A DNA stretch of 64,000 nt, from NCBI RefSeq assembly GCF_006345805.1, contig NC_043014.1:26970001-27034000 (forward strand), in the 5' to 3' direction. Below are positions 25,706 to 38,953 of this stretch, piece after piece (position 1 is the first letter of the stretch; each line of letters opens with the position of its first letter). The DNA comes from Octopus sinensis (Eukaryota). Under the pieces are notes generated by a model. It had not been told where the DNA came from, did no database searches, and worked only from the letters and a program-made list of their open reading frames with translations. The translations under genes were made by a program, and so were the position numbers.

Positions 25706-27169
25706 AAAGATTATATTTCTTCATCGCGTCACATACGTAGCTAATGTTGCTACAGGGATTGGGTTTCTGACATCATTAAACAATTGCAATTACGTTAATT
25801 AATATTGCGATTAAAAAATAAGAATATCAATTTATTATTATTCTAATCAATTACATGATGAAAGCAACGAGATAATTAATACAATCAGTAAAATTAAAAT
25901 CAAGCGATATGTATGTATATATACGTATGTATGTATGTATGTATGTATGTATGTATGTATGTATGTATGTATGTCGTTTATCGTTTACTTGCTTCAGTAA
26001 TTAGACTGCGGTCATGCTGGGGCACCGCCTTGAAGGGTTCAGTCGAACAAATCCCCCCATTACCTTTTTCTAAATAAAGTCTGGTACTTATTATTGCCGA
26101 ATTGCAAAGTAACAAGGGTACAAACAAACCAACACCGACTGTGAAACACACACAGAAACACACACGCGCACACGCATGCACACACACGCGCGCGCACGCA
26201 CAAACACTCTCACACACATATATCTATATATAAATAAGTATAAAAATTTACAAAACGAAGGAATGGAATGAACAGGTTTTAATCACAAATCACAATTGTT
26301 TCTGCGCAACGGTAACAGGTGTTAGTGGCAGAGTTTTCCATATCATACTATTACATAAAATATTATATAAATAATTACATAAATAAAATTGATCCAGCAA
26401 TAGCATTGTGCCGGCACATCATCAGGTGTGCGTAGCTTTGACGGCACTGTTGGATCACGTTCTACTTCCCATCGTTTTATACCCATTGTATTTTTAGCAT
26501 TCTCTCTATACTGAATAACTTATAGATTTTAAAAAAACGTAAATCATAAAAATACTAAATAAAATAAAAGTAGTAAAAAATAAAAATGTAAATTACAAAA
26601 CAAACAGACCGAAAATAATTAACGGAAATAAAAATCAAAAGTATGAATATAAATATAAATCAAACCTAAAATTCTCTCTTTTCTTATTCATTCGTAGGGG
26701 GAAAAAGTCAGATATATCTGTGGAACATATTGCAAAGCTTGTTGCAAGAGAAAATGCCTCTTGGAAGATTAATGAAGATTTAAAAAAGAACATTAGAAAA
26801 GGAAAATCTCATATTCTCTAAACAAGGTAGGGGACCCCTATCTCTGCATGTTTGTTTACCATACAATATATAGCAACTTTGGTATCTTTGGTATAATCGC
26901 CAGGGTCGAATCAAAGGAGATATACTAAACACAACAAAAGTAAAAGTGAAACAAACAAACGAAAAAAAACTAAACTAAAGTCTGCTATGTTATATACAAT
27001 TAGCACTGATCTTCATTGAAAATACCGTACAGCCCACAACTGACAAGAATCGCCAACACTATAAACTGCAACTTTCACTCGAGACGAGAGATTTTTTAGG
27101 CGACAATCAATGAACCAAAATGAATCATACTTTACTCCAGACAAAAAGAAGACAGAAAACTTATCCATA

Positions 27170-27810
27170 TAGGCGCAAGCATGGCTGTGTGGTAAGAAGG
27201 TCCCAGCGAGCTGGCAGAAACGTTAGCACGCCGGGCGAAATGCTTAGCCTTTCATCCTTTCGGGGTCGATTAAATAAGTACCAGTTACGCTCTGGGGTCG
27301 ATATAATCGACTTAATCCGTTTGTCTGTCCTTGTTTGTCCTCTTTGTGTTTAACCCCTTGTGGGTAGTAAAGAAATAGGTATTTCGTCTGCCGCTACGTT
27401 CTGAGTTCAAATTCCGCCGAGGTCGACTTTACCTTTCATCATTTCGGGGTCGATTAAATAAGTGCTAGTTACGCACTGGGCTCGATATAATCGACTTAAT
27501 CCGTTTGTCTGTCCTTGTTTGTCCCCTCTGTGTGTAGCCCTTTGTGGGCAGTAAAGAAATAAGAAGCTCGCATCCCAACCACATGTGTGTCTATATGTGT
27601 GTATTTTGAGTTTGACCCCCACCTCACCATTTGACAATAGGTGTTGGTATGTTACGTCCCAGTAACTTAGCGGTTCAGTAACGGTGTCCGATAGAATAAG
27701 TATCAGGCTTAAGAAATCAGTCCTGGGATCGATTTGTTCGACTAAAGCCCTTCTAGTTGGTGTCCCAGCATGGCCGCAGTTTAATGACTGAAGCAAATGA
27801 AAGATAAAAG
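27170..27810 (+). mobile_element. Family 1 SINE interrupted by a rearranged family 2 SINE (about 27207-27563)
   Basis: Family 1 head, then family 2 head, 3' half, B box and 3' half again, then family 1 resumes. Confidence 0.75.
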
Positions 27811-28111
27811 ATAATGATCACACGATTCATAACATTTGACTGGTGGGAGTATGGTTTTCTCTGATGCTTCTGGCAGAACAGGCAAAACAAGTCTGATCAG
27901 CAAAATTTCGGCAAAATGTTCCGTTTTTCAAGTTGGCTACTATTGCATTCTGTTTAAGTGAAGGAACAGTTTCGATGGCATCACACATCATACATCTGCA
28001 TTACAATAAAAAATATGTGTAAACATAAATATATATATAAAACGTTACGTAAAACTTGCCAGAAGTTAAATCATTCAACTTCAACAAACAAAAACAAAAT
28101 GTTTGTACATA

Positions 28112-28269
28112 GGCACAGGCGTGGTCGTGTGGTAAAAAGTTTGCTTCCACCCACACGGTTCCGGGTTCAGTCCCACTGCGTGACACCGTGTGCAAGTGTC
28201 TTCTACTATACCCCGGGTCGACTAAAACCTTATGAGTGGATTTGATAGACAGAAACTGAAAGAAGCCCG

Positions 28270-28304
<35 letters not shown>

Positions 28305-28520
28305 TGTGTGTGTGTCTGTGTCTGTCTGTCTGATGTTTCTGTCTGCGTTTGTCCCCTGTCACCGCTTGACAACCGGTCTTGGTGTGCTTACGTTCTCATA
28401 GAATAAGTATTAGGCTTAGAAAAAATTTAATTACTGGGTTCGATTCACTCGACTAAAAATTCTTTAAGGCAGTGCCCCGGCATGGTCTCAGTTTAATGAC
28501 TGAAACAAGTAAAAGAAAAA
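28112..28520 (+). mobile_element. SINE family 1 copy
   Basis: Head, core, internal (GT)n and tail. Confidence 0.85.
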
Positions 28521-29084
28521 TATTCAGTGTTCGGATACGACTGTTTATATATGTATAATTATGGAGTGGGGTGAAGGGCTTCCATGCAGACTCTGTCTAC
28601 GATATTTCATCATGAGGCCGTGGTAATCGCAGTCGTCCAAGGTACCGAGTAGTGGGATCGAACATGGAACCTGGTGGTTGCACACTGAACTACTTCATCA
28701 CGCAGCTACACCTACGCCCATAATTCATTTATATTTCATTTTATCGATCACCCGAAGACTGAAATGCCAAGTCAGCTTTGGTTACAATCGAACTTTATTG
28801 TTTAAACAATATTGATTTCTAACTCAAGAGTCAAGGTTACACGTTTTAAGGAGAAAGTGTAATAAATTCTATCGTCCTCAGTACTTTACTGGTACTTGTT
28901 TTTATCGACCTCTGGTAGATGCAAGGTAATGCTGAGGTCCGCGAGATATGAACTCAAAATTTAATTGGTTGCAACTAAGTGTGTCACAGTATTTTCTCCG
29001 ACTCTATACCATTCAATAATAATGATTTCTAACAAACAATAAGTCAGAAAAAGGTCATGGATATGAGTGTGTACATATATATAA

Positions 29085-29431
29085 AGGTAAAGGGTAAAGA
29101 CCCTCCTCGGTCAGGAATGACCATGGAATTACACTTAGAAAGTTATCCTCCGAAGCACAAGTCCAGGCAAGGTTGTTTATTGAAGACCAGCAGTCGCCCA
29201 TGCATACTAGCCTCCCCTGTCCACGTCACCGATGTTATCCAAGGGAAAAGCAACAGCAGATACAACTTGGTACCTGTGACGTCGCAACTCATTTCTACAG
29301 CTGAATGAACTGGACCAACTTGAAATAAAGTGTCTTGCTCAAGAACACAACACACAACCGGGTTCGGGAATCAAACTAACTACCTCATGATTGTGAGTCC
29401 GGCGCTCAAACCACTGAGGCATGCGCCTTCA
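29085..29431 (-). mobile_element. tRNA-derived SINE, family 3
   Basis: Reverse complement of the 39572-39850 type; GTGTTCTTGAGCAAGACACTTTATTTC box. Confidence 0.8.
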
Positions 29432-29829
29432 TGTGTGTGTGTGTGTATGTGTGTGTATGTACACACACATGCACACACCAGATAAAAGCGCATGTACGCA
29501 TACGTTCTTCCGGATAAACACGCACACACTTCTACGTTTATACTCAAATTCAAGAATGTATATACACGCCCGCGCATGCATACAAACACACATACACACG
29601 TTTATATACGTATTCTTCTCTCTTCCCTCCAAAAAAATGTACATACGCACACATAGCCATACATGCATCTTAAACACGTTCGCACACACACGGAAATAGC
29701 AGGCACTAACGCACAAGTATTCGCACGATACACACACACACACACAGACACACAAATATACATATACATACATTCAGCCAATAACACACCTACACTCACG
29801 CGCTCGCGCGCGCGCACTCGCCAGCCTTG

Positions 29830-30165
29830 TTTTTGTCCCGCCAAAGGCCCTCCAGTTATCATGACGCCTCCGGCTTCCTGTCTAGCCATGCAGTCCAGAA
29901 AATTCTTCTTGCTAATGTATCTGGTGTCGCTGAAATCCCGACCTCACTTCTAACACCACAATGTGATCTATCTTGACCAATAAAAATTCAATTCCCAGTA
30001 GCCATCTTAAACTTTCTGGGTTTCTTCATTCGGCAATCTGAGCCTCAACGAGCCAGGTTTCTTTAGAAGCCTGCGAAACTTTAGGTAGTATGTGACCGAA
30101 TCAAACTGTCGTACATAATATATGTAACTTCTACAAAATTTGTTGAGTGCCCTTTCCTTTCGTTT
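29830..30165 (-). pseudogene. Tc1/Tc3-like transposase remnant
   Basis: LKFRRLLKKP, LNFYW and RQEAGGVMI segments resemble Tc3 motifs around the first catalytic Asp. Confidence 0.45.
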
Positions 30166-30207
30166 GTCCATAAATGTGTGTGTGTGTGTGTGGTGTGTGT
30201 GTGTGTG

Positions 30208-33200
30208 CTTTGTAGTGAGAGTACGACACCCTCTGACGAGAATAGACGGGACCACTACATATAAATAGTAGCAGTTTGACGTAGTCGATAGTTTGTAGTT
30301 TGATCTTCGAATTCCAGGTACAGTTTACAGTTCGAGTTAGCGTGTTGGAAATATTGATTGCTGGTTCTTAAAAGATTGTTAGTTCGTTGCATATTTGTTA
30401 CTGCCACTGTCCCGATTTACAGTATATTCTTTATCTATCGTCGACAATATCAACTGTACTACGATATTGGAGGCGTAAGGATATAACATCTGGCGACGAG
30501 GATTTTTCGAAGCTCACGTAAGTTATTTGACAATTTGTGCGTCATACAAATTGCTAAATTATAGAGAACCTATTAGCTGCAGTATAACAGCTTCAAGAGA
30601 AGCAACAGAAACAATTACAGGAGCTGCAGAAGCAAATATTACTACAACAACAACAACAACAACAACAATTCATTGAGTTACAGTCAAGGAAGTCCGAAAA
30701 TTCGCTAAGTTCGTTTACGCCAGACAGTGTGGTGAACTCGATTTCTGAATTCACTTATAATCCAGAGGAGAGTATTACGTTTCCTACGTACTACAGAAGG
30801 TTCGAGAAAATTTTTAACAAAGATTGCACGTCATGGTCAGATAAGGAGAAAGTGAATCTATTACTTCGCAAGGTAGCTCTGGCTGAGCATGAACACGACT
30901 GTAACTTTATATTGCCCCAAAAGTCGAGTGAAATTTATTTCCAAGAAACTATTGAATTACTATCAAAGACCTTTTGTGACTAAAGTTCGTTATTTAATAC
31001 TTGAATAGAGTATTGGAACGATTTTATTACATATGTCGGAGTAGTCAACCGTATGTGTGAAAACTTTTTTGCCTCAAATTAGGTTCTTAAGACAAATAAT
31101 TAATAAAAGTGGTAGACGGCCTGACCCGTCGAGGACAGACGCAATAAAGACATTGCCTGCTCCGACAAATATACCAACATTACGAGTGGTTTTGGTGCTG
31201 GCAAACTATTACCAAAACTACATTCCTAACATGCACAAATTAAGAGCTCCATTCAATGACATTAAAAAAGGAAATAAATTGGAATTGATCGGTTAAATGC
31301 CAAAATGCGTTTGAAGAAATAAAAAAATTTCTAACCGCAGATTTGTCTTTGTCGCATTTAGATCCTGAAATGGACGTTGTTGTAGTGTCTGATGCTTCGG
31401 AGTACAGAATAGGAGCAGTTTTGCTACACAAGTATAAAGAAAGAAGTACGAAACCAGTGATTCATGTTTCGCGCTCGCTGATAGCGGCAGAGAAAAAATA
31501 TAGTCAGAAAGATAAAGAAGCCCCATCAATTACCTTTGCGGTAAAAAAATTTCACAGGTTTCTACATGGTAGAAGTTTTCTGTTACAAACAGATCATCGA
31601 CCATTACTATCAATTTATGAGTTAAAGAAAGGGTTACCTACCCATACAGCGAATCGACTACAATTTCAAAATGCAGTATATTCCATCGAAAAAATTCGTC
31701 ATGCGGACTGTCTATCGAGACTAATTTCCCAAAATACGGAACCACTAGAAGATACTGCGATAGCCACATTGCAGGCAGAAAATGAAATAAAAAGTATTAT
31801 GACTGTTATCCAAGAACTGCCAGTGCCTGCACAGGATATAAGAACGGAATCTGTAGCCGATGAGTATATTACAAAAATGAAAGAAGCTTTAAAAAATAAG
31901 CAGAATAAAAATACAAATTCTAGTAGTTTTTCAATAATCAACCATATTCTGATGTATGCGCATAGAGTTGTAGTACCGACTACATTACAAAAACGTGTAT
32001 TGCAGCAATTCCACAGCAGATAATCGGGTATGTCGAGGATGAAAGCTCTGATGAGGAGCTACGCCTATTGACTGACTATGGACCGGGGTATCAAAATTTG
32101 GTGGGAACTTGTTGAGGTTGCGCGCTGGCGGCCAAAGCCCCGCTAGTAAAATATCAATCGTGACCGGAGACTGAGAACCCATGGTCTAGTTTACATATCG
32201 ACCGGTGAACGGAGTTTACTATCAAATTGTGGTAGACAGCAGTACAAAGTGGCTAGAGTTATGCAGGTGCAATAAACCAACCGCTAAGAGAACTATAAAT
32301 TTCTTATATGAACTGTTTGCGCGATACGGTATTCCAGACACGTTAGTTTCTGACAATAGAACGCAATTCTCGAGTTATAAATTCAAGAACTTCTGTAAAA
32401 TGCATGCGATAAGGCATATTTTTACTCCACCCTACTACCTGAGGTCAAATGGGCAAGTAGAAAGATTCGTTGACACGTTCAAAAGAGCGTTAAGTAACGA
32501 TGAAGCACTAACAAAATTTTTAAGGGTATATAGAGCAACCCCCAGTTCAAGTACAAATTCAGGAAAGTCACCCGCAGAGTTGATGTTCGCGAGAAGAATA
32601 AAATCGATTTTTGCTAAGTTATTGCCAGAGAAGAAAAAAAGGCGTAAAAGAAATACGAAAGATGCAACGAAATATTTCAAAGTAGGAGATAAAGTGCATT
32701 TTAAAACCTACAGAAATAGTAAAGAAGGCTGAGAGGATGGCTTTGTGACCAAAAAATTAGGAAGTTAGATGTATCGAATTAAAGGACCACGCTGGAAACA
32801 TAAGAGACATACCGAAGAACGGAGAGAAATTCCTATGGAAGTATTTTTTTATGTATTCTATGTCCCAGCACTGAAAGTAGGGGAGTCGCGGAAAACTAGC
32901 CTGAGAAAACGGAAGCAGACCTAAGACCTTGAGATAAGGCTCAAGCGAAAAAGATACTAAAAAACAATAAACTTTCTTTATTCCTTCAGAACTCGAAATC
33001 TCAAAAGGAGAGATGTTGTGGCGAGAGTACGATTCCCTCTGACGAGGACAAACGGGACCACTACATATAAATAGTAGCGGCCTGACGTAGTCGGCAGTTC
33101 GTAATTTGGTCTTCGAAGTCCAGTTACACTTTACAGTTCGAGTTAGTGTGTTGGAGATATTGATTGTTGGTTTGTAAAAGATTGGTGCTTCATTGCATAT

Positions 33201-33314
33201 TTGTTACTGCCACTGTCCCGATTTTGTATTGTTATAACACTGTTAAAGTATACTCTTTATCTACCGTCGACAATATCAACCGTACTACGATATTGGAGGC
33301 GTAAGGCTATAACA
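30208..33314 (+). mobile_element. Internally deleted Ty3/gypsy element C (relative of A)
   Basis: LTRs about 30208-30488 and 33014-33314; PBS TGGCGACGAGGAT (30491-30503, tRNA-Ser(GCU)); PPT AAAAGGAGAGA; gag N-terminus, RNase H and integrase present; protease and RT core missing; GTGTG on both flanks. Confidence 0.93.
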
Positions 33315-33483
33315 GTGTGTGTATGTGTGTGTGGCTGTGTGGTAAGTAGCTTGCTTACCAACCACATGGCTCCGGGTTCAGTACCACTGCGTGGTACATA
33401 GGGCAATTGTCTTCTGCTATAGCCTCGAGCCGACCAAAGCCTTGTGAGTGGATTTGGTAGACGAAAACTGAAAGAAGCCCGTC

Positions 33484-33541
<58 letters not shown>

Positions 33542-33548
33542 CTTAATC

Positions 33549-33783
33549 ATATCAAAGGGAAATGGAATTAATTAAAATTTTCATTTCCAGTGGCCTAACG
33601 TGTAAAAATTTAGTCCAAAGACTATGTATTAGTCATAAAATACAGTGAATCCCACAAGTGGATTCCTTATGTGATTAAAAGTACACTGTATTTTATGACT
33701 AATACATAGTCTTTGGACTAAATTTTTACACGCTAGGCCACTGGAAATGAACATTTTAATTAATTTCCATTTCCCTTCGATAT
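33549..33783. repeat. Foldback with ~100-bp arms and 36-bp spacer
   Basis: 33549-33647 is the reverse complement of 33684-33783 with few mismatches. Confidence 0.9.
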
Positions 33784-34014
33784 TATTGTAAGTATTGTAA
33801 GTTTTTGGATAATTTTCGGTTTTAAAAGTTGGCATTTTTTTATTGCCGGCGAAGGGCTGCCCCTGCGCAGTAGATTTTGAAAAAATTAGGACGTATAAAC
33901 TAGAGGCACATAGTTTGATCGCCTCGTGTTTATATATTTAACCAAGGTGTTCCTGCTGAAGACGATTTCACCTAGGCGGGATTTCACAAAGGCGGCAAGC
34001 TCGGACATTTATGC

Positions 34015-34151
34015 CAGTGGTTCCCAACCTTTTCACTATCAAGGACCCCTTTTATTTAAATGAGTTCTCCCACAGTTTCCTGGGTCTGTCAGCTTAACAT
34101 GTTTGCGGATCTCCAGTACTATCTTTGTGGACCACATGTTGGGAACCATTG
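34015..34151. mobile_element. 137-bp hAT-type MITE
   Basis: TIRs CAGTGGTTCCCAAC / GTTGGGAACCATTG; 8-bp TSD ATTTATGC / ATTTATCC. Confidence 0.85.
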
Positions 34152-34409
34152 ATTTATCCAATGTATTATGTGTGGTAGGAAGCTTGCTTCTCAACCACAT
34201 GGTCCCGGGTTCAATTCCACTGCGTGGCACCTTGGGCAAGTGTCTTCTACTATAGCCTCGGGCCGACCAAAGCTTTGTGAGTGGATTTGGTAAACAGAAA
34301 CTGAAAGAAGCCCGTCGTATATATAATATAATATACACACCACACACACATATATATAATATATATATATATATATTATATATATATATATTATACTATA
34401 TCTCTTTTT

Positions 34410-34811
34410 TACTCTTTTACTTGTTTCAGTCATTTGACTGCGGCCATGCTGGAGCACCACATTTAGTCGAGCAAATCGACCCCGGGACTTACTCTTTGTA
34501 AGCCCAGTACTTATTCTATCGGTCTCTTTTTGCCGAACCGCTAAGTGACGGGGACGTAAACACACCAGCATCGGTTGTCAAGCAATGCTAGGGGGACAAA
34601 CACAGACACACAAATACACACACATACATATATATATATATACATATATACGACGGGCTTCTTTCAGTTTCCGTCTACCAAATCCACTCACAAGGCATAG
34701 GTCGGCCCGGGGCTATAGCAGAAGAAACTTGCCCAAGATGCCACGCAGTGGGATTGAACCCGGAACCATGTGGTTGGTAAGCAAGCTACTTACCACACAG
34801 CCACTCCCGCG

Positions 34812-34812
<1 letters not shown>
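34410..34812 (-). mobile_element. Near full-length SINE family 1 copy
   Basis: Complete head to tail on the minus strand. Confidence 0.9.
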
Positions 34813-34864
<52 letters not shown>

Positions 34865-34866
<2 letters not shown>

Positions 34867-36022
34867 TATAAAAAGGGCTTAGTAAAATAAATTACTTTGC
34901 CGCATACTGAACTCATTAGAAATAGCAGCTAAAAAACTTTTTTAAGCTATTTCTAATACTTAAAGAAAATCTCTCTCATATATAGTGTTTGCTTATTCAA
35001 CTCACAAAAGTTTGGGGGTAAGGACATCGGGGAGAACAGAGATTCTTCGCTTGCTTATTTGAATTGTTGGCACTGTTAGTTGGAAGCAGATCTTCGAAAG
35101 GGTATGTTCTTATTTTCAGTGTTTCCAAATCCAAACCAAGGAATTTTGAGCCGATGATAGAAATGTTGTTTTGACAATCTTGAAACGTACGTTCTCGAAT
35201 AACCTTAGCATTTGATTTTTCGATGTCCTTACCCCCAAACTTTTGTGAGTTGAATTAAGCAAACACTATATATGAGAGAGATTTTCTTTAAGTATAGAAA
35301 TAGCTTTAAAAAAGTTTTTTAGCTGCTATTTCTAATGAGTTCAGTATGCGGCAAAGTAATTTATTTTACTAAGCCCTTTTATATAATGTAATAATTTGAA
35401 TTCGCCTTGAATGGTCCCTTTGCATACTGAACACTTGGTGAAATTGATTAATAATTATTAATTTTGCCCTCCAATTTGAATTATAATTAATCTCCCTCTG
35501 ATTAATGCTTCGGATTTTACCGAAATAAGCATAGTGTTTGATGATTTTAACCCACGCTGGTGGAAAGGGGAGAACAGAGATTCTTCGCTTGCTTATTTGA
35601 ATTTGTTGGCACTGTTAGTTAGAAGCAGATCTTCGAAAGGGTATGTTCTTATTTTCAGTGTTTCCAAATCCAAACAAGGAATTTCTGAGCCGATGATAGA
35701 ATGTTGTTTTGACTAATCTTGAAACGTACGTCTCGAATAACCTTAGCATTTGATTTTTCGATGTCCTTACCCCCAAACTTTTGTGAGTTGAATTAAGCCA
35801 CAACATATATATGAGAGATTTTCTTTAAGTATTAGAAATAGCTTTAAAAAAGTTTTTTAGCTGCTATTTCTAATGAGTTCAGTATGCGGCAAAGTAATTT
35901 ATTTTACTAAGCCCTTTTATATAATGTAATAATTTGAATTCGCCTTGAATGGTCCTTTGCATACTGAACACTTGGTGAAATTGATTAATAATTAATTAAT
36001 TTTGCCCTCAATTGTTGAAATT
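34865..36022 (+). mobile_element. Hammerhead-containing 538-nt tandem unit with inverted 5' piece
   Basis: GGGGAGAACAGAG at 35029 and 35567 (period 538); 34865-35029 is the reverse complement of about 35221-35386; (TA)n flanks. Confidence 0.8.
35145..35199 (+). ncRNA. Minimal type I hammerhead (CCGAUGA core)
   Basis: Stem I UUUGAG/CUCGAA; core 35151-35157; stem II U-AGA...UCU-U; GAAA 35182-35185; palindromic ACGUACGU; GUU triplet ending at 35193. The second copy (35684-35737) lacks one U at the cleavage site. Confidence 0.65.
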
Positions 36023-36042
36023 ATATATATATATATATATAT

Positions 36043-36088
<46 letters not shown>

Positions 36089-36476
36089 CTATTTATTTTT
36101 GTGTGTCTTTGTGTCTATGTTTCTCCCACCACCACCACCACCACCATCGCTTGACCAACCGCTGTTAGTGTGTCTATGTCGCCGTAACTTAGCAGTTCAA
36201 CAAAAGAAACCGATAGAATAAGTACTAGGCCTACAAAGAATAAATCTTGGGGTCAATTTGTTCGACTAAAAAATCCCGTAAGGTGGTGCTCCAGCATATA
36301 ACTGAAACAAGTAAAAGGATATTAAATTACTTATTTTAGCATTTCCTCCCTCTGCTCCTTCCTCATCTTTTTGTCTTGTCGTCTGCCTTTCATGGCGTTT
36401 CAGACATCATCAATGCACTTTCCACTGCTTCTCATAATCCTCATGTCTATCTATCTATCAATCTATCTATCTATCC

Positions 36477-36569
<93 letters not shown>

Positions 36570-36693
36570 ATTAAACTCACTAATTTCCTTCTTTGCCAAC
36601 ATTCTTTCATGCATATTTATCTTTCATTTTCTTTTAATCCTTTTATTCACACACGTACACACACACACGCACACACACACACACACACACACA

Positions 36694-36742
<49 letters not shown>

Positions 36743-36943
36743 ATACTCGTTTTATCCCTCTATCCCAAAGCCTAGGCGTGCTGTGTGGTAAGAAGTTTGC
36801 TTCCCAACCACATGGTTCCCAGATTCAGGCCCACAGCTGGCACCTTGGACAGGGATCTTCTTCTATAGCCTCGGGTCGACCAATTCCTTATGAGTGGATT
36901 TGGTAAACGGAAACTGAAGGAAGCCTGCCATTTATATCATATA

Positions 36944-36974
<31 letters not shown>

Positions 36975-36984
36975 GATATATAAA

Positions 36985-37440
36985 GGTTAGTAGGGTTAGA
37001 GGTTGGAATAACCATCTAAGGGATGAAACTATCCGTTATACTACCGGTATAATTACCTATGTTAATCCTGGATATACATATGCAATGACAAAGATAAACA
37101 TGGGTTTATCAGGAATCAAATTTAAGTAAACAGAAAATGGAGAAATATTGATCAACAACAGTTGACTAAAATCAATTATTACTTTATAATTCAATACAAA
37201 TAAACTTTCTTATCTAACAGCTGTTTCTGTTATACGGTATTGCCATTAAAAATTCTGAAAAAAATAGTCATCATATTTGGTAATACATCCGAGCTGGATC
37301 ATGGAGCTTCATCAGAGTGAAGGAAAATAAATACATAAAATACGTAAAAGAAAGAAAAGAAAGGAGCCTCGAGAAGAAGATGAAAGGCTTAATATATTTA
37401 AATCATACTATTTTGTTTATGTGTCGCTTCGGGACGTTGA
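36985..37440 (-). mobile_element. PLE-like fragment with degenerate hammerhead
   Basis: CUGAUGA and GAAACAGCUGUU are present but stem II does not pair; patchy similarity to 39270-39460. Confidence 0.5.
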
Positions 37441-37491
37441 GTAAATGTGTGTGCACGCGCGCGCGTGCGCATTTGTGTGTGTGTGTGTGTG

Positions 37492-37572
<81 letters not shown>

Positions 37573-38072
37573 GTGTGTGTTTTCTCCACCCGATGTTTGA
37601 GAACTGGTGATGGGATGCTTACATCCCAGTAACATAGCGGTTCGGCAATAGAGACCGACAAAATAAGTACCGGGCTTCGATTTTATCGACTCAAAATTCA
37701 AGGTGGCACCTGACTGAAACAAGAAGACACAAAATGCATATCTATCTAACTGTCTATATATATATATATATGTATGTATGTATGTATGTTATGTATGTAT
37801 GTATGTATGTATGTATGTATGTATGTATGTATGTATGTATGTATGTATATGTATATATATATGTATGTATGTATATAATACATATAAGAAAATGGAGAAA
37901 CAAATTTGGTTTGTTCATCAACTTACGGATATTATAATGTTGGATTATTTATTCATTTCACGAATGAGAACTTCAAAAGCATACAAAAGTATTATATAAA
38001 TCAATAGATGAGATAATATTACAAATACAGATTTTAAAAGTCATAGTGTAAATCAACGAAATCCTAAAAATT

Positions 38073-38278
38073 ACTTCTTACAGCTGTTTCAGCCTATGGC
38101 CAAAAGTAAATTTAATTTTCATTGCCTAGCAGGTGGTGCTATTAAGTTAGACATGGCCTGGGCCAATAATGGCCGAAACCTATCAAAGTATTAAAGTATA
38201 GATGTCAACACACTAAGGTTATAGGCATTTAAAAAATATAATACTTATACATTAAGAAACCATAGGCCTCGTCAGAGG
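38073..38278 (-). ncRNA. Type I hammerhead with long stem II loop (left arm)
   Basis: CUGACGA at 38275-38269; stem II GGCCUAUGG/CCAUAGGCU; GAAAC-AGCU-GUA ending at 38079. Confidence 0.65.
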
Positions 38279-38442
38279 TTATAATGAACTTTAAAAATAT
38301 TAATAATAATATTAATATTCTAAACATGATACACGTATTACTTAATATATAAAAATAGACAATAAAGAAATATCCAAATACACACTCACACACACATACA
38401 CACACACAGATATATATATATATGTGTGTGTATATGTGTGCG

Positions 38443-38497
<55 letters not shown>

Positions 38498-38817
38498 GTG
38501 TGTGTGTGTGTATGTGTGTATGTATGAATATATGTATATATTGAATATTGTATCGTGAATTTTTGATATGTTAGAAGACATTATTATAGTATGTAAGATC
38601 TGTTGAAGATTACTGTTAATACAGTAATATTGTTGTTACTGATAAGCTTAGAAGTGTTTAAATGTTCTAATGTATTTATATACGTATATGACGTATGGTA
38701 TATCCATTGTAATATATTGTTTAATTGTGTTCATTAATGTATTTTGCGCATCTGAATAGTATATACGCTTTGCTTATGTATGTATATGTGTGTATATATG
38801 TATTTGTATATATATAA

Positions 38818-38858
<41 letters not shown>

Positions 38859-38953
38859 TGTATTTGGATATTTGTTTATTGTTTATTTATATATTAAGTA
38901 ATACGTGTATCATGTTTAGTATATTAATATTAATATTAATATTTTTAAAGTTC

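Noticed and set aside
26698-26826. 129-nt segment with a good acceptor and GTAGGG donor
   Set aside because: All three frames contain a stop; at best it is a non-coding or pseudo-exon.
30030-30095. Hammerhead-like CTCAACGA...GAAAC...GTA
   Set aside because: The core needs a substitution plus an insertion, there is no stem I, and the region is better explained as a Tc1-like coding remnant.
30232-30245. CTGACGAG in the LTRs of element C
   Set aside because: No downstream GAAA with paired stems.
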